From: Lytechinus pictus | Lineage: Eukaryota | DNA length: 64,000 bases | Reading direction: 5' to 3' | NCBI RefSeq assembly: GCF_037042905.1 | Contig: NC_087252.1 | Span: 2,606,001 to 2,670,000, forward strand | Shown here: piece after piece, positions 39,701 through 51,700 of the stretch | Numbering within the stretch: position 1 is the stretch's first letter | Layout of the letters: every line of letters starts with the position of its first letter | Translations under genes and position numbers: made by a program | The notes under the pieces: generated by a model | Database searches by the model: none | What the model was told of the DNA's origin: nothing | Seen by the model: only the letters and a program-made list of their open reading frames with translations

Positions 39701-42700
39701 GTATTAGGGACAGTGATTTTCCGTTTCTAAAAATTGCCTTTTCCGTTTCAGAAAATCTCAAATTCCGTTTCAGCATGTCTGAAAACGGGAATTCCGTTTC
39801 CCCATAGACTTTGTGTACATGAAAAAGTGACAATTCCGTTTACATAGAAAACCAATACGCAATGAGTAGCGATGTCAAAATGCTAGCGCTGGTTAAAATT
39901 TGCATCTACCAATGCACCAACATCGCTTTAAAATCCATTTCAATTGAAGAGATTCGAGCTCAAAAACTATTTAGAGAAACATAATCAACATGAATATATT
40001 CTCACCTTTCATATTATTAGCATTATTTTATGCTTAAATGAGATTTTATCGCTGATTTGGGGACTTTTCGGACATCGCCTTGAGCGGTCGACGACTTCGG
40101 CCTATCCGCCATTTTGGATTTGTTGAATCACCGTGATCATGATATTATGATCGAACGCAGAGGGCAGCAACACACGGCCGTATCGTGGGCCGTATTCTGG
40201 CATATATGCGGACGTGAGTGTAAACTAATTTAGATACGATCGAGTGATTTTATTGGAGGGGCTCGAGTGTAGTTACGATGTTGTCATGAATGTTGTAGCA
40301 AAGTGAGATCGTGTTTTTTTCAGTTGATATTCGTATTTTGTTGAGGATGTGGGATTAATTTCTGATGCTATTTTGTGCATTTTGAGAAAAAACATGTTTT
40401 CCGTGATTTTCCATTTGAAAAGCCACTTTCCGTTTCAAAAGGCCGATTCCGTGAATTCCGTCCGTTTTCCGCGATCGCGGAAAATCACTGTCCCTATTGT
40501 ATACACGACCAAATCAGCCATAGGGCCGGCAACCTGCATTTTTGACAAAAATTTGGACCGACATACCATCATGTGCAGTGGACGCGATGAGCTGGGAGAC
40601 TGGTGATGTCGCTATGTCAGTGACCTCTCCTGCATGGTAAGAGAAGAGCTTCTCAGGATCTTTGGTGGTGTGAGAGAATGACAGGTCAAGCTTCCAGATC
40701 CCACCATTGGCATCCTGTACGAGAGAAAAGAGAAGAGATTCATGAAGATATCTATGGTTTTCATGCTAAAATTACTTTCACAAGTTGATTATATGGCCTC
40801 TATTCTAAAGTCAACTTCAGTCAAAAAGATATTTGGGAATAATCTGCAATATTTTTTTCTTGTCCCTTAGGGAAAGCATCCATATTGTATTGGCAGCGTG
40901 CACCCGGCGAGCACACCCCCGCTGCGGTAATTAGTGAACAGGATGTATCTCCCCGCTAGACGCAGCTAGCGGCGGCGCGCTGCTCAGATTAAAGCAGATT
41001 AACAAGAATCTAATCCTAGATTTTATCCTTGCAGCTTCTCGCCGCTTCTCGCAGCTTGCACGCGGCCAACTTGCAAGCGAATACTCGTACTCAAATGATG
41101 TGCTTTTTTATATTTCCGTTGGTGAAATGTGCGCGACCGATGCGGCGATTTTTCTTGTCCGCCCGACACGAAATGGAGGTATTAAACTATGAAATATTGA
41201 GCTAAAAAGACTCTTAGATTTTTAGCAAAATACTTCTTGTACGTTTCGAGGTGGAAAGACTCATATTGATATGAGTTTTATATTATTTCCCTTGCGTAAT
41301 AATTATCTATTTCTTCCAAAAAAGTACAATCATCACTTGTTTTTAATCCGACCCGACATGAAATAGGGCATAGAATCTTCTAGCAATGTAAAATTATCGC
41401 TTGCGTGTTTGTTTGGGTCCGTTTTTTGCACGAAATGAAAGTATTAAAGAATGAAATATTGAGCTAACAAGTGTCTTAAAAACTTTAAAAAATATTTCTG
41501 GTACGTTTCAATGTGGAAAGATTCGTATGTAATATGTAATTAAACTTGCGAATTAATTACGTATTTCTTCGAACAATGTACGATAATCGCTTGTTCTTGA
41601 ATTCGACCAGACATTTAATAAAACAAAATACATGGAATGTTAATTGATAACACGGGTCGTAGATTATTCTAAATATACTTTTAAATAGTTTTAAGGCGGG
41701 AAGAATCTAATTACCTTTCGTAATAATTTATGGTATTTTCCAACATTGTACGATTATCGCCTGTGTGTTTGTTTCCGCTCGGGCACGAAGTGAAGGTATA
41801 AAAGAATGAAATGTTGAGCTAAAAGTGTCTTAAATAGTTTAGAAATAATTCTGGTCCGTTTTTAGGTGGAAAGATTCGTATTCATATAATTAAACTTGCG
41901 AAATAATTACGTATTTCTTTGAACGATGTACGATAATCGCTTGCTCTTGAATTCGACCAGACATTTAATAAAACAAAATATATTGGAATATTGACAGATA
42001 ACACGGGTCCTAGATTATTTAACGCGGAAATAAAATAACTATTCTATTCTTCGAACAATGTACGATGATAGCTTGTTCTTGAATCCGACCCGACATGAAA
42101 TGAAGCAAAATATTTGGAATGTTTTTAGATAAAACGGGTAGCAGATTTCTAAATAGTTATGAGGCGGAAAGCATCTGACTGCCTTTTGCAATAATCTACG
42201 GTATTTTCCAACAGCTTGTTTGTTTATTTCTGCTCCGACACGAAATGAAGGTGTAAATGTGCGAAATATTGAGCCATAAACTGTCTTATAAACATCTAAG
42301 AAATACTTCTAGTACGTTTCAAGGTGGAAGGATTCATATATATCTAATTAACCCTGCTTAAAAATTAACTATTTCTTCCACCAATGTACGATAATCGCTT
42401 GTTCCTGTTTTAGAATGATATAATTCACCTTGCCATTAATTTGATGGTTCAAATTACAAAATTTGTGATTTTATGCCATAATATTTCATGCAAAAGTATT
42501 CAAGTAATTTCATTTCATTTTTACATAATCATTGAATTTGGTCGCAGCAGGTGAGTATAATAGTGCTTCTTCGCAATTCATTATGACTGTTTTCATACAC
42601 GTACATGTATACACAATTAATCAATTTAATGAAAAACGCTCAAGCGCAATGAAAAGAGCAGGATCTTTCGCAGAATATTTATGTCCGCTACGCCCATGAC

Positions 42701-45700
42701 CCTTCAATGATAATTAATCAATATAATCTAAGTCGGATACTTTCTTTGAAAAGAACTCGCCGCGCATTATATGGTGAAAGCAAAATGACGCTTTGATCTT
42801 TAATGACTTAAACAGCACCTTTAGGTGGTTTCAGACCGCCTCGAAGTTCGCCAGTTCCAGGTATTCTCTGATCGGGAAATTTACCCCGATCAGAAAATAC
42901 CAGGTATTTTGGCGGTCTGAAAGCAAACTACGCGTAATATCCCCGAAAGAAAATACCCGATAAATAGTAGGTACTTGGCGAAATTACGAGAACTTTCGCG
43001 GGGATTTTTCCAAGGTCGTGGGTATTTTGGCGGTCTGAAAGCAAATTACGGGAACTTTTAGCCCAGCGTGTCGTTGGGTGCGGCGCCGTGCATGGGTTGC
43101 TGCTGGGCTAGTGATTTTGAATTTCGCGCCTTGCTGCTTATCAGACCATACTGCGCATGCTCGTAACTTCAGGAACTTATCCCGAAGGGTATGTTTCAGG
43201 GCGGTGTGAATGCAGGAATAATTAATGGGTATTTTTCAGCCTAAAAAAGTTCTCGTAATTTAACGGGGATTCTTGTGATCGAGGCGGTTTGAAACCACCT
43301 TTTGTTAGGTATTTCTTAATCATGCAGTTAATCTTAAAAGGGGATAAGAAGGAACATCCTGTGGAGTCTCTACTTTTTTGCCCTTGGTCGGCGAATTCAT
43401 GTAAAGGGGGGGGGGGGGGGGTCGAAACTTATTAGACCTATAAAATCCCGGGCACGTTGAAATCAACAAAGTATATATAGCTCTATGGTATTATTATGTA
43501 CAATTATATTTTTTAGGGCGGTAATGTCAATAGGCATCCAAACAGAATACCTTGTTAGAAGGCGGGATTACTTTGATTCTAACTTACCTTTTGTATCGGC
43601 GTGGGGATACAAAATCTATGCAAATTGTTAACATAATTAAAAGAAAGATAAACTTAAAAATAGGGGGGGGGGTATAAAACCAAGTCCATACTCATGTGGG
43701 CACTTATGAGTGTAACTCCTAGATTTACCCGGGGCCACAATGCCTTGCCGCCTTTTCAGCTACTTTAAGAGATATGCCTCATTATATTGCTATATAACTA
43801 AGATCAAATTTCATTTGGCCTTTGTAAATGGCGCAAGAACGAGAACACGACACGAAGTGCGCTTGAATTTTCTATAAGGCAGATCCTTGACAATTTTGAT
43901 AGTTTTGACAAGTGAGAACGTTCGTAAATAATCAAATGAAATAAAGCTTCCATTTGTTGGGGGAGAGGGTGGGGGTGAGCAGGGAGGTACATGTATGGCA
44001 ATTTTGTGTCCTCTACGCTTAACTGACTTTTGGAAGGACGTGTCCCCCCCCCCCACCACATGTTTGATGTCCAACTACCCAAAACATATAATGTCGGCTT
44101 AATTGGTCGCTATTTTTAAAATCCCGTTCTTTAAATCTTCATGTTCTATTTTTCACATTTGTTTTTTTTTAACATCCTTTAATTCATTCTATTTGCTTTT
44201 CTCCGTTTTCACACTTTCTTTTGCTCTCGCGATTTTTAAAATTACATTGAAAAATTATAATTACCCGAAACACTTTTGAAATATAATGTTCGTCTGTTTA
44301 TTGCGTGCTCATTGTTCATAGTTTCATGTTGGGGTTTATTGGAATAACGTCAACCTGGTCAGGCTTCCTGCTTTCACTCCTGTTCAAAGAAATCTTGTAA
44401 TAGTTATTTTTGCCAAGAAATGCACAAAGATCGTCCAGACAAAAAAAACCGAGATGCCAACTGTTTTCAATGAAGCTCGGGCTCAATGAATTCGATCATG
44501 AGGACTAATCACTCCTTTGTGAAATGACGAAGTGCCAGTTGCTCGAACTTGTCACAATAGCTCTAATTTCTATAGGGAATTAAATCTATTGTTTCTTCGC
44601 ATTTTATCGTTGAAAGGATAAAAGCATTGCAGCTCTAACTTTGTTGACAAATTAGATACAGGAGAAAAGTGACGCTTTTTGGACAAAATTGTTAGAGATG
44701 TAAAATAATCATCAACAATTGCGTATGCATCAATTAACTAGAAATGGCACGAACATGGCAATGATTCTGCATGGAGTGGAAATAGAACATATCGTCCCTT
44801 TTTCAGTCCACGTTCATTTACCGCCTTGTGATGTGCATCTAGAGCAATATAAAATTCTGAACGCAAATTGTATGAATATATGCAGATCTTTATTTTATGT
44901 ACATTACTATATTTTTAAATCCCCTTGCCCGGCATCCGGGGTAGGAGGATGGGCGGCAGCAGTGTAATTTTGATTAGGGGGAGGAGTAACTTTTTTATAC
45001 TTAATTTCATATCGGAACAAGAACAAGCAATGGTTGCATCTTGTTAAAAGATGTAGATATTATAGCGTAGGGAGAATTAGATTCTTTCCGTTCCAAAACT
45101 CTTCAGAAGTATATTTTTGATAATTTAAGATCTTTATGAACTCGATATTTGTCAACTTCATACCGCCATTTTATGTCAAGTCGGATCTCTTTCCGATTCG
45201 AAACCTTTTAGAAGTATCATCTAGATCGAAACTCTGTATAGGTATATCTACGATTTTCTTGAAGTCGACCATCATTTTATAACGGGACGGATCAAGAACA
45301 ACAATCGTATATTGTTGGAAGATATAGATATTCATAATCCTACAAAAATCAATTATTTCCACATCGAAAGTCTTCAAATATATTTTTATTGACAGAGGAT
45401 ATCTTTTAACTCGATATTCCATACTGAAATACTTTCATCTCATGCTGGATTGGATCAAGAATAAGAAATTTTGCGACTTTTATTCCATTAAAAAATGCCT
45501 TTTCGACTTTGTCGGGAAAATTAGTAATTTAATTTTTTTCGGACAAAACATAGGTTCGTCCATCTAGGGAAATATCAGTTATTTAAATCGTTTACACTCA
45601 AATTAAATTTCAAATCATGCACGATCGATCGTGCATTAATTTGAGATGTTTGTAACTCCATTTCATTTGTCTTTCCGATATTGTCGGGGAAAGTGTCATT

Positions 45701-48700
45701 TATGTTCTCAAAGAACATGAATTCAGTCCTAAAGATATATGAAATTTATCTTGAATTGTTTGCACCTCAAAACAACATCAATCGGAAATGATGGCGAAAA
45801 TCAAAGAACGACAGAGATATTCCATGCATCCAACAATCTAATGGAATTGGTTCGCGAAATACGCAGTAGCACCCATTCATCATGTTCATAACAAAATATA
45901 GAGGGTGAAGAGTTTCCTCATTTGAATAACCACATGCGCACAAAAAAGGATCGTCACATCTATCAGTTCCCATTATTTGTATAAAGGCCCTAGCCTATTT
46001 ATTCACAAAATGTTGCTAAACTTAAAAAATAGACCTAAAATGATACTGGGTCATCAAATATTGCAGTATGGAAGTTACAATGAGTATCATACAGTTTCCC
46101 TTTTTTTCATAAGTAAGATGTTTTGTATGGGGATGTCATCTGTGGATCCCAAGCGTTTTCTTTTTCTTCATTCAATGTTTCTTAATAAGAAAAAAATGGA
46201 CTACTAAACCGCATATCCGGTTTGTTATTATTGTTCCTGCTCGAAATGATACAGAGCGATCAAAAGACGGCGTTTGTCTAGCTTTGAAAGTTAATGATAA
46301 TGGGCGATAATTTGCATTCCACCCTTAACGCCCCCGCAATCCCTCCCCCCACTCTGCGTGTGGTCTTTAGCGTCACTTGACCAATTTTATGTTGACGCCG
46401 CCATGGACGGACGTGTGCGATTTTAGCTCGTCCGCTGATTGATTTGAGTGCAGAATTACAGCTGTAACATCAGTTTGCTCATCTTTATTTATCGTCAGCG
46501 ATCTTAACTATCTTTGTGAACATACATGCTACCTGGATTTTATTCTTCATTATATGTCATTTAGTGCTTGATATTTTGATTTACTGTGATAACTTCGCAA
46601 TGGAGAGGAGATCGAGACGTGGTGCAGATGACCACTCAAAGGACAACATACAAGATGAAGTTCGGAAAGCCCTAGAGGCTAGCTCAATAATCGACACTCT
46701 TGTAAGTAAAATAAAAGAAATTCTTATTGATGATTTAACTGCTGTCATAACTCAGAAAGTCGGAGAAGACTTGAAAGAATCAATTGATTTTGAGTTATCC
46801 TCAAGAGATACGAGAATCACTGCTTTGGAAAGTGAAATTGTGAGCTTAAAAGAACAACAAGATGAATCTGAGCAATATTCCAGGAGAAACTGCCTTATTT
46901 TTCATGGTCTTAAGGAGAATGAAAATGAAAATACTACTAGAATAGTGAAAGAGGTGTGTGAGGAAAAGCTTGGAATCATTCTTCAAGATGGCGACATTGA
47001 TAGGACGCATCGCCTTGGCGCGAAAAGTGGTAGATCACGTGGTATCATCATACGGTTCACCAATTACGACGCCAGAAACCGAGTATATCAAGCACGGAGA
47101 CAATTGAGGGAGCAATCTGGTGACCCAATCTTCATTCAAGAGAGCTTAACGAGGTTAAGATCTGAACTCTTCAAAGAGGTCAAGTCTAAACAAAAAGGCA
47201 AATATAAAAGCATCTGGACGCAAGACGGTCGGATACGTGTGATAACCAATGGAGGTCATCGCTTCACATTAACAAAGAGGTCTCACATGAGTAAACTTCA
47301 GTCTTCGGATTAGTTGATCTTCCAGGATTCCAATGGAAAGATTGGATCAAGTTTAGCCTCTTCTTATTTACTCAATAGGTGATTTAAAGATTGGTCGCTA
47401 TTCTCTTGACCACTACAGGACAGAGAAGTGTGAAGTATCAGGGCTATCTAGTATGGTCTGCTTTAGATGATAACATCAAACAAAGTCCGTCATTACGGCA
47501 GTTTAAGATGAAATACAAAAGGTATCTGTGCAATTCTAAATAATCATTAATCAAAATCAGTGTGTAACTCGTTTTAATTCCCTTTTTTTTCTGCCCCCCC
47601 CCCTTATTTCCATTAGGTTGATTTTAAAGTGTTCACTGGAGGAGAGAGCTACTCCAGGAGCTTAGTTGGTCACGGCCAGAGTGCCTAATGCCTCTGACCG
47701 TACGTGCTCCCGGGGTGGGCCTCTCCTTCCTCTTGTATTCTCCATTTCTGCCGGGGCTAGACTCGATAAGCTCTGCTTTTTCTAGCCCCGGTCACATTAT
47801 TTACCATTGTATTTTAATTTTTTTTTTTTTTTTTTTTTTTTCTCTCTCTTTTATACATGGAGTAATTTCCTTTTCTGTCTTTTGTAATTGTGTGTATTGG
47901 TTTTTAATGTGAAATAAATGAAATGAAATGAAAATTGTTAGCGCACTATAGGAAACTGGTGGATGAAAGGCTGATCGGATTTAATCCTGTGCCTAGAAAT
48001 ACAGTATTGAATATTCTTGATACTGAGAAGCACTGATTTTTATGCCGAGACTTAAACCTCGGTCACGTTTGATCTATACGGCAGCCGTAAAGCGAATAAA
48101 AAACAGCCGTTTATTCATTTTTTTAAATAAAAACCATGTATTTGCAGCTGGTTCAAAAATGTTAAAACGGCTGTTTTCGACTCGCCGTACAGCCGCTGTA
48201 GAGCAAATGTGACCGAGGTATAAATAGTAGTGCTGATAAGTGGCGTATACCTAGATTTTTCAAAGGGGGTGCAAATTCGTCCGCCCCAAAATCGTTGACT
48301 TTGGCCGGTTTATTAGGTCCGGTAAAAGGTAAGGGTTTGAATAAAAAGAATTAAACGTCTCAGATTAATTGAAAATCGTTCGGGACATAAATTATTTCAA
48401 AATTGTTTTGATTTGGAAATTATATTGAAATAATTTAATTACCTTCTAGAATAAACTCTCTCCTAAAAACCCTCCTAACCCTATAGTACAATTCACGTCT
48501 CTTTTCAATTAAGTCAGAAATCTAAATTCTAAATACATTGGATAATGGTCTCAACGTCTCAGATCAGCTCATGAACGATCGGAACGTATTTTAAAATTAT
48601 TTGAGGTGGAAATTATATAGAATTTATTTCAGATACCATAAACTATTTATCCTGAAATAAATATTATTCGCTTATCTTTCCAATAAAGTCAGAAAGGGAA

Positions 48701-51700
48701 ATACGTTGAAATAAAAGTACTCGACATCTTAGATTATAATGCACGATCGTTCGAGACGTATTTTCGAAATTGTTTTGAAGTGGAAATAAATTATATAAAT
48801 ATAATTAAAACCTCCCAATGTAAACTCTTATTCTCCTGAAAGAAATACAATTCGCGTATTTTTCCAATAAAGTCCCACAGAAGCAGATTGTGTTCCCAAT
48901 AATTTTCAAGAATCAAGAGTGCCTACAATATCAAAAATTCGGCAAAAGTTACAACAACAAAAAACAAATATACCAAAACAAATTATATGATGTCAGAAAC
49001 AAAATCAAAATGTCAAAAACATAAAAACAAAAATAACATAAAAGGAAGTATATCAAATTAACATAAAAAGTAAGGCAGCATGATGTCAAACAAAATAAAA
49101 AGAAGTAGACATTTTGTTGATTTGCGATTTAGCGTGTTGAATGATTTGGCGTCATTATCATTCTCCAAAACTTAGTCTGCCGTTGCTATCATAGTTCGCC
49201 CTAATTTAGTTACATTCGGGCATCATATTCATATTGTCTCATTTTATCTGGCCTCTAAAAAATATTAATATCTTCCCATGGCAAAGATGAATAGGCCTAC
49301 CACTCTATTTATACGCTCTTGGTGGACATTATCCGGCAAGTTGGATGATATAGGCCTATTCATACCAAGATGTCTCAAACTATGGCCTCAATAGAGGTAA
49401 AAACTATGCATGGGCACCATTCGTGCAACTGCTCGATCATTAATATTCTTTTAAAACGAACGGTTGGTCTTGCGCTTCTTGATTTTCATGCTCAAGAATT
49501 AATATTTTTGTTGTCAGTGCTAAGAAGCAATGTTGACGTTCGGATAAAACGGGATAAAATAGGCGTGTAATGCATTATCCATCAGTATCCGGCCCCAAAA
49601 TCATACGTTAAAAAAGTCATTAATTCAACTTATTTTTCATGTGTGAATCTTCTGTGTCAATCTCAATTCACAAGCTGCAACATTTTCGAAATCGGCAGTA
49701 TTTCTATCGATAGTGTTAATTTTCAGTTCAGTTCGTTGACAACGGAAACTATCAAGAACCATCGCGACTTTAATATCGAGATCGAGAATTGTTGTCATAA
49801 TCACATCGTGCGCACGTGGTTGTTGATCTGTACTCGGTCGCCATGCGACACGATGCGGCCAAGCATATACTAGCTAGCTGTAGTCGTTTCCAATATAGAG
49901 CATGCTTGCATGCATGCTTTGCTAGGAACATAAAAGAGGAACGCCTTTCATTATCATGCTTATAAAAATAATAAATCGAAGTAAAACAGCACGACAAGTG
50001 GAACTAGCTAGTACAGGCACCACGACGTATATGTTAACTCTTCCAGAGCGAGCCGCGGAATTATTGAAGGCTAGTCGTGGCTGGCGCGGGGTACGTGAGA
50101 TTGCCTTTGCGAATTTTGATAGAAATGGGGAGCAGCGGCAGCGCTTGAGATATCTACAGCGCAGCTAGCGGCAGCGAGCTGCCGCTAGATACAGCGAGCT
50201 GGGGATTAAATCTCTAATCCAATGGATTATAAAGTATGGCAGCGAGCGGCAGCAGGCACAGGGGGAGATGCGAGAGCGGATGTGAGTTCTATTGTGCTTT
50301 AATTATCGCAGCTAGCTGCCGCTGGCCGACGCTATTATCCCGTCTTAGAGTGTGCAGGCGTACGCTCGCCGGGTGCACGCTGCCAATACAATATGGATGC
50401 ATTCCCTTAAATTACTCAGATAAGAAATTCCAAGTATAAAAAAAATGCTGGGCGTCTTCTGCGCCCTGGCTAGCATCTGCTCCAAAAGACTTTTAACAAG
50501 GCACCGTTATCATTCTGAAATATGATTGGAAACAAAGTGAGCAAGAGACGGGGACTTACCTGACCGTACCATAGACTCTGTACCTCAGGGTCAACAGACT
50601 TGACCATGGACATGAGATGGACATCATTGCCGACCTTGAGCTCATTCATTGGATCCATCTCAAAGACACCAGACTCATCCATGGAATCGGCTGTGTCAAT
50701 GGATTCAAAATCCCATACCTAGAGAAAAATTAATGGCAATTTACAATAAGTGAGGGTTAAAGAACTTTAGGAGTGGAACACAATATTTCAACTTGAAAGT
50801 AGTAGACACTGATTTCATGAGAAAATTTGTAAACCAAGAACAATTGTCACTATATTATCTTGGGTCTATTTCTGGTACAAACTGAAGTTTGTGAAATCGT
50901 GGCATGAAAATGATCACACTGTAGATCACCAACAAAGATAAGCACATGTGGGACAGTGAAATTTATCATTGCCTGGAAAAATACTCCAACATTTAACTAG
51001 AATCCAATGCATATTTTGCTTATATATCAGCAATTACACACTTTCTTCCAGAATTCTTTGGCACATACTACATGCAAACAGACACTTGGGTGGTCATTTC
51101 ATTGGATTCTGTTCGAACTCATTTTGATATCATTACAACTCGCATTTATCTTAAAACAAAATTTATATCAACAGCTTTATGAAACCACAGAATGAATAAC
51201 CTGACTTACCCTGATGAATCCATCAGCACCAATCGTGATGAGCTCCCCTTCATCCATGACAAACTGTTCAATCGGCCCCACATGACAGGGCTTCTTGCCC
51301 TTACGACTAATCTGAACCTTGATCAGACCGCCATCCCAGAGAAGCATGTTGCCCCAGTCTGTCCCAGAGAGCACCTTGCCATCGGGCAGTTCCACATAGC
51401 CCCTGATGTCAGAGATCTCTGTACGACCAAACTTGCCCAGTTCTCCCTGCAGCTTGAGTCCAGTGAAGGTGCTGGCCATTTTCCAGAATCTGTGGGAATA
51501 TGTTGAGTAAAATGTGTGACAATAATAATGTACTATCCAGCAATGTTTGCATTTTACATCGTGACTAGTACGTGGATTATAACAGTACCGTTTTGTAAAC
51601 CAAATTAAGATTGCAGAGATCCAATAAGGAACTGTGCACAGATGGAAACATAAATTTTGAAAGATCTAACCTGATAAAGATTTAATAAATTCCGTTATTC

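Larger units (their letters stand above)
40870..50406. mobile_element. 9.5-kb non-autonomous PIF/Harbinger-like composite DNA transposon
   Basis: About 43-bp TIRs (GGGAAAGCATCCATATTGTATTGGCAGCGTGCACCCGGCGAGC, 1 mismatch); TTA on both flanks (40867-40869, 50407-50409); no transposase ORF seen. Confidence 0.82.

Noticed and set aside
41160..42410. CRISPR-like repeat array
   Set aside because: Units are long and degenerate without unique spacers; the context is a eukaryotic intron with no cas genes.
46516..46599. GTG-initiated hydrophobic N-terminus of the 265-aa ORF
   Set aside because: Probably LINE 5' UTR; the first ATG is at 46600.
49100..50300. Harbinger transposase or Myb/SANT gene inside the 9.5-kb element
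   Set aside because: No DDE or Myb-like motifs are recognisable in the ORF track or by eye; a TBLASTN/HMM search would be needed to exclude decayed remnants.
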